Shown: positions 40,195 to 53,720 of the stretch, one piece after another | Layout of the letters: each line of letters starts with the position of its first letter | How positions within the stretch are numbered: the first letter of the stretch is position 1 | Assembly: GCA_050084985.1 (NCBI GenBank) | Contig: JBITNC010000001.1 | Coordinates: 13,206,001-13,270,000, forward strand | Length of the DNA stretch: 64,000 nucleotides | Source of the DNA: Nageia nagi | Lineage: Eukaryota; Plantae; Pinophyta | Reading direction: 5' to 3' | Notes under the pieces: generated by a model | The model's input: only the letters and a program-made list of their open reading frames with translations | Databases searched by the model: none | Told to the model about the DNA's origin: nothing | Made by a program: the position numbers and the translations under genes

Positions 40195-41770
40195 ATGATG
40201 AGGTTTTAGGTTATTGGTTAGGATGTTGGTGATATGGATCTTCATACGAGAGGTGTATTGACACTTTTATATGATAAACAATAGCTATGATGAGAAAGGA
40301 ATGTAGGGGAGTACTTTAGAGGTGGATGATTTATGTGTAGTGTATTATAATATGTGTATTAATATTATTGATTATTTTTATAAAGTATATAAATATATAC
40401 ATATATATTGTTATTAAATTTATATGTGTGTGTATTTTTTTTAATAATGAAAGGAGATTACTTAGGTGGACATAGTTTATCTCTATGGACTTAAATATTA
40501 TTATTATTATTAAAATGCAAATATATAATCCATTTTATGATTTATTTTTGTTTGGTTATTTTTTTTTAACATGGTTGGTGTGATTGGTAGGTAAGATATT
40601 ATTTTGAGTCTTGAGCCTGCTTTCCTATAGTGTTAGAGGCAATTGTGAGTGACTTGAAAGATGCCAACTATGAGTTTCTAAGGGTTGTTGGGTTTAAAGT
40701 TTCTTCCTATATGAGATAAATATACATGGATATGCCTCTAATAATAACATTGATAAAGATATGGGAATTAGAGACATCAACCTTTCATCCTTCCATATGG
40801 GAGATGATGATCAATATGGAGGACATATATCTATTGTACATGCTTCCTATCTAAAAAAAAATGATTTAGCATTTGATTTTCATGATCCATAGATAGGAAT
40901 AATTGGCACAACTCTATGGTGTTGAGGATGCAATACACTTGAGGGATTGGGTATGACCATTGGTATTTTTTCATATAAATCATTATGGGATAGTGATCAG
41001 GATGGGATTCGGCTAGCAATGTACTTGATTAGGTGCATTCTATGGTATGGGCCTTCTAATTTTGGAGGAGGTTGATTTCCTTGGTTCCTAGTACATGTCA
41101 TGGAAGATATGATTGAGTACATGATGGTATTTTATTAGTTACCAATACTATTGGAATATTTCTATAGAGAGCTCTTCTTACATACTCAAGGTATCCATCT
41201 AGGTTTGAGTATGAATATCATGCTATAAGCATGGGCATATGAGCATATTCAGTGGTAGACCCATGTGGGATATCAAATATGCAATTTACAAATAGAGTGG
41301 AATACATAATGGGGATTTTGAGGTGGTACATTTAATTTTACATTCATATTGATTATGATTAGCAATGGGATATGTCCTATTATAGGGGGATACTAGATGC
41401 ATTGGCAAAGGGGTAAGTGAGATAGAGACCCTATATAGTCTATTTGGTGTGGTCAAAGGATGCAAAGCAACTAGTGGCCATCAAGCAAGTGAGATACTTG
41501 AGAAATTAAAGGATCAATTTTATCAATTATTTATAAATTTTATGAGTGATATTATAGTTTAGGTGATACAAGATAGGCCTACCTCACCTATTTGCTATCA
41601 TAGAGAGGGTATACAAAATTGAGTTACCTGTATTGGCTTATATGGAGCTAGGGCCAGTGGATGAGATTGATATAGAGGTTGTTGAGGGTGATTATGTAGG
41701 GGTTATTGAGGCTTATGTAGCATCATGGAACACTTATAAGAGGGAAGATTTTGGAGGAAGATATGTTAGG
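40195..41770 (+). pseudogene. Second PMD (MAIN/MAIL-like) gene, antisense to the Tat pol; interrupted by CRM-2; start approximate
   Basis: MDMPLIITLIKIWELETSTFHPSIWEMMINMEDIY (from about 40727), PILLEYFYREL, IML*AWAYEH (about 41218-41246). AT-rich intron-like block at about 40335-40572. Confidence 0.82.
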
Positions 41771-44700
41771 TGATCTAGAGATCTTGCCTTAATTGTTGAT
41801 TTGGCCAAAGGTTTTCACTTATGAGATTGATCTATTATTTTAAACTAAAATATGGTATTATGAAGGTTTTGATTATGTAATCATTCCATATTTGATTTAA
41901 TTCTCTAAATATAACATCCTTAGAATGAGGATTTTGAGCACTCTCACTATTGGGTGATGTTTGGATATTTTCCTTTCTATCTTATGAATTTTCTATGCCA
42001 GGGAACCTATCAAAAATAAATCAGTCATATTTAGGAAGGAATAAATTTTTATAAATTTTTCTAATTGAGTTTATTCTTTTTTTCATTAGATATTTCTTGA
42101 AGATACCTTTCCAATAACTATACACATGTCTATATTTTTCAAATATTTGACCACATCCAAGGAGAATTCCACAAAAAGTGTCAAAAATGCCAACACGAAC
42201 ATTGACACCAGTGCTAACGATCATGCCAACATTCATGTGAGTTTTTATAAGGAATTATAATATGGGATTATGAATTTGACTCATTTGGCATGTGATTATG
42301 ATGATTTTTTATATGGGTATCAAAATAAAGCATAGGAAGACCAACACAGGCACTGATGAAGACTCATACATTCACACAATTCATGTGGCACCCAACCTAA
42401 CACCTAACCTTTCACCTACTTATGCACCCAATATGATAGTGCTAATGCTAATATCAGCATATATGTTAGAAAATAAAAATATTTATGGATGGGAGGTGAA
42501 GTTTTTTGAGTCATTTTGAGACATTTGGAATTTATAGCAAAGTTGTAAAGCCATGCAGTTTCTTCGAAGGCATTGATTCTACCTACATATCCTTGTGGAG
42601 ACTTGAGAGGAAGGAGAAGAATGTAGAGAAGAGAATAAGGAATATGGAGGATGAATCAAAACTTGTTTCATATCTATTCATAACTATTGTATTTTGTGTT
42701 GATGACACTTTGAAGGATTGTAATCCTATTGTAAACTTGCTACATAATAGAATGATGGGCTTGATGGTGGCTACTATAGAAGATGTACTCTCACACTAAG
42801 AGGAACATCTTCAACAAAATTGTGTTAATTTTTTGGATCCTTTAATGTTATTTTAATTCTTATTTATTATTGACATTATATTCTAGTTTCCAATTCAAAT
42901 TCTATGATTTTAAAATTTGTATGTGATATTTCCTCTAAACCTATAAGTTTAAGGAAATTAAAGATCAAGTGGTATCAAAGTTGAGTGCAAAAGTTGGAGC
43001 ATGTGAATGTAATGGAGAAGGATCCAACATATGAATTTGTTTCCTTAAAACATTGATATTGGAAGAAGATAGAGAAGGAGGACTAAAGCCATGGAATATG
43101 TGCATGAATAAGAACCTCCTCAAGCCATAACATCTGATGAAGACTTCCAAAGGAGATTTATTACAATTAAGACTTGCATGAAGAGAATGGTTGACATGAT
43201 GTCAAAGGAGTCACCTCAAATGGAAAGAATACAAGATAGTTTCAAATCTTCAACATCATCACTACTTGTTACACCATTTCATTTTAAAATTGAGGCTAAA
43301 ATGGAGATTCTATCATTTGGAGAGAGATGGATGTTGAGAAGTTTAATAATTGGTTGAGGCAAGTAGAATTTTATTTCCAAGTACAAGGGGTTATGGAGTA
43401 ATCTACAAAAATCTCATTTTTAAGGTCGAAACTGAGTGGATATGATTTGATATGGTGGTGAGCTCATTATGACTCACTCAAACTTGAGAACCTACCACCT
43501 ATTTCATCTTGGGAGGATTTCAAGCAATTGTTGAAGGAGCAATTCTATCCCTTGGGGCACAACAAGAAGTAACTATTGAAATGGAAATTTATAACATAAC
43601 ATAAAGGGTAATTTGTTCAAGAATACACTACTGAATTTAGAAGATAGAAAATTATATTGGAAATTTCTCTAAAATATCCAAGTGTGTTGATGGAGTATAT
43701 TGGAGGTTTGCATTCTCATTTTCAAAAGATAATCATGTTGTTTGATCCCATTGATTTTGATAAAACTTATGTGCAAGCATAATATCTTGAGGAGAATGGA
43801 AAATCTAGAAGAGAATATGAAAACTCCAAGAGTGCATCATCAAGTGGACAACAAGAGGAAGGAAATTCCCAAGATAAAGGAAAATGAGTCAAGCAAGAGA
43901 AGAAGACCAATACTACCATAAAAGCTAGCAAACATTGTTCTCATTATGACAAGGATGGGCATGATAAAGATAATTGTTGGGAACTTCATACAAAAAAGAA
44001 GAAACCACAATGGTGGACAACCAAAAAAGAGAATCAAAAGAGTAAGAAGGATGCTATGGTGAAAAAGGGAGAAATAATAGGAGATAGTTCTGATGTTGAT
44101 AATGAGATCACTTATGCTACTATTTAAAATAAGATAGTGCAATTTAAGAATAGTATAAGATACAATTGTTTCATATCAAGATCCAAGTTAAGAAAACCAA
44201 AATTAATGCTATGTTTGACCATGGTTCTTAGTCAAATATTATTATAGACACTTGGATTAATAGGCTAAAGTTGCAGAATATTCCTCATCCTCATCCCTAT
44301 CCTTTGGTTGGCATAGAATCATGAAACTCAAATGTAAGTGAATAGACAATGCAAGTTGGTGTTTACAATAGCAAAGAAGTTCATTGATGAAGTTATGGTT
44401 GATGTGTTGCCTCTTGATATTTGTGGTGTGATTTTTGGGAACCCATATTTATGGGATAGAGATGGCATTTATTTAAAAAAATTTAATTAGTATGGAATTA
44501 TGAAGAATGGTGTTCATTATAATATCAATGCTCATAAAAGTAGAAACAAATTAGAGTTGGTGACAACAAGCCAAGCCAAAAGACTCATTAATGCTAGAAA
44601 GAAGTGCATGATTGCTATGATCCAACCAAAGGATATTGGAGGGATCTTATCAATTATGGGAACATCATCCACATTAAGAAATAAATATAGCAATATTAGA

Positions 44701-47631
44701 TATTTCTAGAGGAGTATAATGAGTTATTTTTAGAACTAAAAGGATTTCCACCAAAGAGAGACATCCAACATGAGATCCAATTAATGCCTAATGCAAATTT
44801 TCCAAACATTGGGTCATATAGATAGTCCAATATTGATAAGGAGGAGGTGAGAAGGAAAATTTATGAACTACTAGAATAAGGAGTGATTAGGCCAAGCACT
44901 TCATCATGTGGTTCATGAGTTATCCTTATGCCAAAGAAGGATGGATCATGGAGGATGTGCATTGACTACTAGGCATTGAACAAGATCATCATTAGAAATA
45001 GATACCCATTGTTAATTATTGATGATCTCTTGGAGCAACTAAGAGAGGGAAATTTCTTCACCAAGATGGACATTATAAATGGTTATCACAAAGTAAGGAT
45101 CAACTAGGAAGACATGTGGAAGACTGCATTCAAAACTAGATAGAGGTTGTTCAAATGTCTTGTGGTACCTTTTGGACTATGCAATGTACAAACCACTTTC
45201 ATGAGAGTAATAAATGAGATATTTAGATCCTTCATAAATTTTTTATTATTTACTTGGATGATATTCTTATTTTAGTACAAATTGGGAAGAACATATGTTG
45301 CATCTAAAACAAGTGCTACAAACTTAAAAAAAAAAAGTTATTATTGAAGATGAGTAGATGTGAGTTTATAAAGAAACTTTTAGTGTACCTTGGTTATATG
45401 TTTGGTGAGGGATAGCTGAGAATTGATCCTAAGAAGGTAAAGGCCATTGTTGATTGGAAAAGGCCTATAAAGATCACTAAGACAAGGAGATTCTTAGGGG
45501 CAAATCAATATCTCAAAAAAATCATTAAGAATTTTTCTAGTATAGCCTCTCCATTGCATGATATAACTATAAAGAGGAATGGTTGTCAATGGGGAAGGAA
45601 ACAAAAAATTTCTTTTGACATATTGAAGGAGAAAATTTTCAATGCACTTGTTCTACTATTACCCAATTTGCATCAATCTTTTGAAATAGAATCAGATGCT
45701 AGTGAATATGTAATTGGAGCAATGCTGATGCAAGGAAGGATACTTGTATGTTCTCATTTAGAAAATATTAGTAGAGAAATGTTAAATTATTTGGTTTATG
45801 AAAAATATTTTTTTGCTCTTATCCAAGCTATTAAAAAATGAAAACACTTTCTGGCTGGTAAGGAGACCATCATTCATATTGACCACCAACCATTGTAATA
45901 CTTGCAAACTCAATCCAAATTGCAACAAGCAAGATATTTAAGGTAGATAGATTTCTTACAATAGTACCACATAATTATTAAGTACAAAAAGGGAAGTACA
46001 AATAAAATTATAGATATATTATTTAAGCCACCAATACAAACTATTATTTTAGGTCTAAATTCTATTCTTAAACTTTGTCCTTTTATGCAAGAATCATACA
46101 AAGAATAATATCTTGATGATATTTATTTCAAGGATATTTATTTGAAGTTGATTTAGAATAGTATATTTGATGTTGAGAATAATTATTTTTTGAAAGAGTG
46201 ATTGTTGTATATTGGAAATGCTTTGTGTGTACCACAAGGAGAAAGAGTGCAGCTCTTTAGAGAAGCACATACATATCAAATTTCTTGGCATTTTGGAGTG
46301 GGTAAGATCATTGAAAACTTGCAAAGGTATGTGTATTGGCCCAAGATGCAAGAAAAAGTTGCAAAATACATTAGGGGGTGTGTTTTGTGTTACATAAGAA
46401 ATCCTAGTGATAGAAAGTTGGGGTTATATCAGCCATTACTAGTTCCTAGCAGGCCTTGGGAGAGCATATCCATGGATTTTATGGATGGTTTACCTATGAT
46501 AAAAAGGATAAATGATTATTTGTTTGTTTTTTTTGATAGATTAAGAAATATGTGTGTTTTAATTCCATGTAAGAAGACTATTACTAGATAAATTGTAGCA
46601 GATATATTTTTTCTCATGTGGGTTCATCTTGGACTACCTAGTTCTATTATTTTAGATGAGATAGTAGATTCTTGGGTAAGTTTTAGATAACCTAATGAGA
46701 AAAAATGGAAACTAAGATGAAGAGAAGCCCAACCTTTCACCCTCAAACATATGGCCAAAATGAGGTAGTGAATACAAATGTTGTGCAATTACTTAGGGGG
46801 TATTGTGGCAAACATCCAAAATCATGGGATGAGCATATTGTTTACATTCAATAGTCTTTCCAAAACCAAAACACCTTTTGAAACATGTTATGTATACCTT
46901 ATATCCTCATTATTTGATTATTTTTTTGGGAAGCAAGATGATTATGATGCAACCTTGGAGAAGGAGGAGTAGAAAGCTAAGAAATTCATTGAAAAAATCA
47001 AACTTTTTCATCTAAACGTGTAGGAACAACTCAAATACAAACTAAGGCATGATAAGCATAGGAATAATCATAAATTATAAGTTGGTGATCAAGTGTGGCT
47101 ACATATTAGTAAATAAAGGTTAGAAGGACCTTTAAAGAAGCTGAAACTAATCAAGTATGGACCATTTAAGATCATTGAGCAAGTGGGTGACAATGCCTTC
47201 AGAATTGATTTGCCTACTTATATGAATATTTATTTAGTTGTCAATATTGAATACCTTAAATTATTTTAGCCTTATATGATAGTTGAATGTGAAGTTGAGT
47301 TAGGTACCATTTTACAATCCATTGAAGATCTTGCCCCTAGCATAATGGATGAACTAAAGGAGGACTCAATTTCGTATAAGAAGATATGAAATACAAGGAT
47401 AGGACAACAAGAAATTTGGCTTGTTGGGTTGAAAGGTAAACTACTTAGAACAACAAAATGGTATGATAAGAGTAAGGTTATGGATTTGTTTCCTCACCTT
47501 GTCCATAACTAAGCATTTTGAGGAAAAAATGCAATTCCCATTGGGGAAGTGTGATTTGGAGATCTTGCCTTAAGTGTTGATTGGGCCAAAGGTTTTTTTT
47601 TGGAGGTTTTAATTTTGCAAAATCATTAATA
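41771..47631 (+). mobile_element. CRM-2: second CRM-clade chromovirus; 5' LTR 41771-42966, PBS 42970, gag-pol about 43100-47512, 3' LTR truncated (47552 to about 47631)
   Basis: TGATC...GATCA then TGGTATCAAAG. HPHPYP, YLDDIL (45251), ESDASEYVIGAMLMQ, HFGVGK..YWPKM..PSRPWESISMDF, and tail TRIGQQEIWLVGLKG..KWY..LFPHL. 3' LTR start matches the 5' LTR start. Confidence 0.92.
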
Positions 47632-50030
47632 TAAAATGTAGCTACATTTATAAAATGCCCCCATGTTTCCTAAATGATTCCACCCTTTGAGTTTGCAAAA
47701 TGATTGCACCCTCCACGTTTCAAAAACATGACCACATTTCTAGAGACCTATTGCATTTTATCAATATTTTTGATAATTATGAGTATTTATGATGTTTTGA
47801 TCCATTTTTCTTAGTTGCATGTTGTTCTCAGGTCTGTTACTTATATAGGATGATGGGAGAGTTATCCAAAACATGAACATAACTCCCATTTAGCTAATTT
47901 TAGTGGATTTGTGTAATAGTCCATATGATTCATTTTTGGTCAAACTTGTAACCTCCATAAGCTTACATTAGTTATTCATTGAGGTCCTATAATTTTTACT
48001 TTGAATTTGCTAATTGAAACAAGTTAGTATGTTTTCAATTATTTTATATTATTTCATATTGGCATCAAATCTAGTTGATATTAGTTTGGTTTGAAGAGGC
48101 TATGGGTACTTTGCAACAACTTAGCAAGTTTTGCAAAAAGTGATCCAAATAGGCCTATAGTTATTTGCTAGGCTTATTGGAATGAGTGAGATGGCTTTTT
48201 GAGTGAATTATTTTTACATACCATACTTTAATAGTGAGAATTATGAATATTGGGCATTGAAGATGAAGCACTTGCTCATAGGAAAGGGAATATGGGACAT
48301 CATTTTAGATGGTTATGTGGAACCAGATTGGGCCACACTTCCTCAAGCTGATAGGCTTGCTAAAAGAGAGGATCAAAGGAAGAATTATTTTTCTATCTAC
48401 CATATCCAATCAACCTTGGACAAGAGGCTCTTCCCAAGGATTATAATTTGCAATACAAAAAAGGATGCATGGAAGGTATTGAAAGAAGGATTCCAAGGAA
48501 ATGGCTAAGTAAAGAAAGTGAGGCTTCAAAATTCAAAAACATAGTTTGAAAATATGAAGCAAAAAGAGGATGAGAAAGTTGGAGAGTATTGTGTAAGAGT
48601 GAGTACTTGTGACCAAATGATGGAGACACTTGGAGAGGAGATCATAAACTCTATTGTAGTGAAGAAAGTGTTAAGAATACTTCTTCCCAAATGGAGCCAA
48701 ACTACTATCATGTTTGAAGAGACTAAATATCATAGCACCCTCATTCTTGATTGGCTCATTGGTTCCTTGATGTCACTTCTAGAGAAGGCCTTAACTCCAA
48801 TGTTGGGAGTGTGGAAGAGAAGGCCTTCACTTCTAGAGAAGGTGACAGTAGTCTTCCAAGGAAGAGGTAGAGGGGATTCTACAAGAGATGACAAAAGAGG
48901 CAAGCAATTTTACTACTATAATAAATATGGATACTATGAGAGACAATGTAGATTGAAGGCTTATCAAGAAGGAACCCAAAGTGCCAACTATGGTGAGGAG
49001 GATACATCCTCCACCTTGTTCTTTTCTTATGCCCACTCATCCCAAAAGCAAGATGATACATGGATCTTTAACACTAATTGATCCAACCACATGAATAGAA
49101 AGGGAGATTTGTTTTGTGCCATGGATGACTCTTACAATTTCCAAATAACACTTGGAGATGAAAAAGCTTTCAATTTGAAGGCATGGGAGATTTGGAGGTG
49201 TCCACAAATGAAGATAACAAGAAGGTAAATGATGTATATTTCATTCCAAAACTAAAACATAATTTGTTGAGTGTGGGGTAAATGATGGAGAAGAACTACA
49301 AGCATGTATTTGAGGATAGAAAATGTATGATTTATGATAAAAATCAAGGGCATAAGCATGTAACCACTATTTACATGATAAAGAATAGATTGTTTCCACT
49401 TAAATTTAGTGAGCAAGGCTCCAATTTTACTAATATTGCTATTGATGATAAGAGTTGGCTTTGGCATTTAAGATATGGGCATCTCAACTTTGCAAGTTTG
49501 AAAAGCTTGGTATCCAATGAGATGGTGTATGGGCTGCCCAAGGTCCAAGATCATAAATAAGTGTGTACCAAATGTGTTATGGGAAAGCATTCAAGATCAA
49601 GCTTCCCAAAAAGTCAAGCATGGAGAGCCTCTTACCCCCTCTAATTGGTGCATAGTGACATATGTGGGCGAATGCAAAATCCAAGTATTGGTAAAAGTAT
49701 TTATTTCCTTACCTTCATTAATGATTGTACAAGAATGTGTTATATTTACTTTCTTAAGCAAAAGGATGAAAATTTTGCATACTTTAAGGAGTTTAAGAAT
49801 AATATTGAAAACTAGAGTGGCTATTATTTAAAATGTTTAAGAACAAATAAGGGGGGCAATTTTGTAGTAAAAAATGCTTACAATATTGTAAAGATTGTGG
49901 TGTAAGAAGGAAATTCACTACTACCTACACTCCACAACAAAATGGTGTAGTTGAACATAAGAATAGAACTTTGGCTAATATGGGAAGAAGCATGCTCCAA
50001 ACTAAAGGATTAAGCAATATGTATTAGAGA
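47632..50030 (+). mobile_element. Copia-3: 5' LTR (about 47632-48056), PBS 48060, gag-PR-INT, 3'-truncated; inserted in the CRM-2 3' LTR
   Basis: ATTTCA-TAT-TGGCATCA. ENYEYWALKMK..GIWD, LKHNLLSVG, SWLWHLRYGHLNF, YTPQQNGVVEHKNRTL..MGRSML. Similar to Copia-1. Confidence 0.9.
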
Positions 50031-50035
50031 GGTGT

Positions 50036-50500
50036 CTAGGGAGGTAGAGGTATGAGTTTATAAGGAGGGAAATGGACATGTTCCTACAAGAGGATGATGA
50101 GCCTATAGGAGGTGAGTGTTATTGGTCTCTTGTGGATAAGGGTGATGGAAGAGCAGTAGGAGAGGGTGCCCCAATGTATTAGGATGTTGACCAATTACAT
50201 GAGGAGGTAGAGGAGCTCTAGTATGAGCATAATAAGATGGAGTAGAAGTGTGATACCCTATAGATATTTCTATATACAATGTAAGAAATCCTAGAAATAA
50301 TTACAAGTCAATCCATAGGATTGCATACATAGTTGTAGTAGGAAAGGGTTCATGAGAATGATTGCTTATGCTATGGAGCAGAGCAAGTTGAGCCATAGGA
50401 GGTGGAGAGAGAGGATCATTGAGGAATTATGTTGAAATGTGGAGGTTATGATTCAAGGTGGAGTAACAAGCATGTTAGTAACATGATAGAGCTCATTGAG
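50036..50500 (+). pseudogene. Probable C-terminal (acidic/coiled-coil) continuation of the second PMD gene
   Basis: Same purine-rich GAG-heavy composition as 41600-41770. Reads DVDQLHEEVEEL*YEHNKME. Non-copia sequence starts abruptly here. Confidence 0.5.
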
Positions 50501-53500
50501 GTAGTCTCTTAAGGGGATAGATTATTACATGATAAAAATATATCTATAGATATCATGGTTACCATGGTGGGTGTTGGGAGAATGGGTATTATCACTAATT
50601 ATAGGGTATACAACTTTTATGGTATCTTCATAATATTATAAATTGAGTGGTAGTTGGGGTGGGATCTCTTCATAGACCACAAGGACTTCTGTACATAGGA
50701 AACACAAACATAGGACCAGGTCAATCTATGATACTTGATATATACATCCTCCACCAACACATAAGATTATAGAGAGAGAATCCAACTAGGGAAATTAATT
50801 GAAGAATGATGATGAGGAATAATAATATAAATAATAATAATACCTTTCTAAGGTATCTAGGATAAAATAACTCTTTATATGCATTTAGTTAATGCCATTT
50901 AATATTTACAATTATCTTGTAAAATCATGTCCTCAATACCATGGTATTCGTTAAGGTCCTTTAATGTTTACGATTATCTTGTAATACCATGTGTACATTA
51001 CCATGGTATTCTTTATAATCTTTCCTATTTAAAGGCTTCTTTTATAATAAAATATATTTTGGATTTTAATTCCATATCAAATGAGATGCACAAGGTGTGG
51101 GACTACAGATAGGGAGGTTCTAGAGGTTGAGGGTACAAGATAACATGAGGGTGATTTTATAGGGGATCCTATAGGTGGATCTTCATAGGGTTTTTCCTTT
51201 TTGGGATGATTTAACTTTATGATACCTTGCAAGTCATATATATGTTATGGCCTCATGTGTTGGATCATATATGATTATGATTATAATTGTTTTGGCCTAT
51301 GAGGGGCATTAGAGAGTTTTTATGTATATGAGATAGACATGTGGACTATATACATTATGCTATTTAAATTATGATGGTTTGTTTATCTTATATATGCTAT
51401 GATGATTTAGACTTATGAAATGTTCTTAGATGATATTGAAACTTAATTATTATTTTTAAAGTTTAATATGTATGCGTTAATATATGCAATATTCAAGGTA
51501 TATGTGTCATATATGTTGATAAACAAATTTTTATTTTTGTAGTTTAATGTGTATGTGTTAATATATGCAATATGTAAGGTATGTGTGATATATGTGTATA
51601 AATGAATGTGAAGGTTTATAAGGAAGTGAAATGAGATGGAGGATTACTTATTATTTGTAAGTAGATAAGTGCATTAAATTTTTTAAGGTTGTATTGATTA
51701 TGTGTTAATGTGTAAAAGTTAAGTAATAAAAGAAAAATTAAGTACTTAAAGACAAATTAAGAATTTGGGTAACATAATCCAAGGGTACAAACATTCAACA
51801 AGATGGTTATGTGTATAACAACATGGATAATTTGAAAAGCTACTGAAACCATAATAATATTTAATTTCTTTTCTTTCCAAAAGGGAAATATTACAATTGT
51901 CCAAAGAGTGGAATAGAAAATGAACAAATGAATAAGTTATTTAGAGGATGTAATTGTAAGAGAAGAATGTTTAGGTCTAACTTCCATTTTAATGTGTTGA
52001 ATGAGAACTTGCTCTCATGAAATGAGATATGTCATTCAACAGCCCCAAGATCCTTCTATTGAGTTCAGGTTATTGAATACTTTATTCTAAATCCTAATTA
52101 TTTACATAATTTCTAGCCTTTTAATTGGAGGAATAACCATATGTGGATGATTTTTTATGTTGAGGTGTATCCATCATTCAATGTAATCGACCTTCACTAT
52201 TGAACACAGGGAGTGGAATTCTTGATTATTCAATAAAGATTACTTGCATAATGCCTTACCTTTTTATAAATAGAGGTGTAACATTTATAATGTTAATTGT
52301 GATATGGACCATGTACTAACATCCATACCTATGAATGATTTAAATCCTAAAGCACCACATAATGTTTTGGAATGAGATACATAATGAATAAACCTACATG
52401 ACATTTTGTACAACATGAAAATGAATATAAGAATACCCATTTTAATAACCATGATAGAGTTAATACAAATGATGAACAAGTCAATAATTGGTGTGTGAAC
52501 ATTTAAATATTGCTTGGTTGTAAAAAGTGAATAATGCATTAACATATATAAATGGAAAAACACACATGAGTCTTGACTTAAGAATTGATCTCTAATAAAA
52601 TATCCTCAAGGAAATAATCAAGGATGAGGGTGATCATATGTGAATATAAGGCATGTGCATATATAACATAGCGATTTGGGGACAAACATGAATGTTCCCT
52701 ATAATCTCCCTAGAGTAGGTACTTTGTAAAAATTCAAAAGAAAGATGAGTTTTCAAGACCAATTTCCATAGAGTTTGATTTAATATAGATGAGCATATAC
52801 AAGTGAAAAATGTAAAGGGGGGGAATATAAGACAATGAATAATAAATATGGTAAAAGAAATAGTGCAAGGTGGAAAATATGTAGTACAAAATGGATGAGA
52901 TAGTAGAATAGAGGATGGAGTTTTTTATGTATGTATATGCTTATTGGATTACCTTATTTTTGGAGGTTGGGAAGTTTATTTTGTGTCCTTATTACTTTTT
53001 TTGTTGTTTATCTTTTTTGTTTTGTTTTTGGCTTCTTGCCTCTTCTTTTTGACAAGATACATAAACTCTTCTTCAATGGTGGTGGTAGAGGTATAACAAT
53101 ATAGTTTCTCATAATGGTGGAAAGTGATAAGGACATATGTATGAGGTAAATAAATGCATATATGATATAGAGAGAGCTATAAAAATTTGGATGTGTACAA
53201 GGTGCATGGGGAAGGTATGAATTCTCATGCACTTTTGAATTAAAACCAAAATTCTAAGGTGGGTCATGAAGTGTCATGTATCCTTAAGAATAAACTAGGG
53301 AACTAAGAAGATGGAATTGAGGGGAAATTTCACATATTATTGAATCTATGTGGAATGAATTGAAAGAGTATGTGTGAAAACCTATAAAAGGATATAGAGG
53401 TGAAGAGGTAAGGAGGGTGAAGGTGAAATCCTTAATCATCATGTTTGAAGATACTATGTTATCACATATAATTTAGTGTGATATAAACATATGTATATGA

Positions 53501-53616
53501 GAAATTAATTTTAAAATATAAAATTATAAACCAAGCAAGAAGGAATTTCAATATAGGATTTCAACAAACACATAGGAAAATTGACCTTATTAGGGGTTAT
53601 AAATGGGTAAAATATG

Positions 53617-53633
53617 TATATATATAATATATA

Positions 53634-53703
<70 letters not shown>

Positions 53704-53720
53704 ATATATATATATTATAT
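53617..53720. repeat. Imperfect (TA)n microsatellite, about 100 bp
   Basis: Direct read of the sequence. Confidence 0.95.

Noticed and set aside
25765-41770. PMD sequences as functional host MAIN/MAIL genes
   Set aside because: Both lie inside LTR-element structures and contain many stops and frameshifts.
15127-47631. CRM elements as evidence of a centromere
   Set aside because: They carry chromodomain-like tails rather than a CR motif, there is no satellite array, and an intact gene lies 12 kb away.
15877-48067. PBS sequences as tRNA genes
   Set aside because: Only 8-15 nt of complementarity to tRNA 3' ends and no cloverleaf.
38945-51590. Small local duplications (about 38945-39013, 48774-48841, 50905-51010, 51460-51590)
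   Set aside because: Two-copy slippage-type duplications, ordinary in decayed TE DNA.
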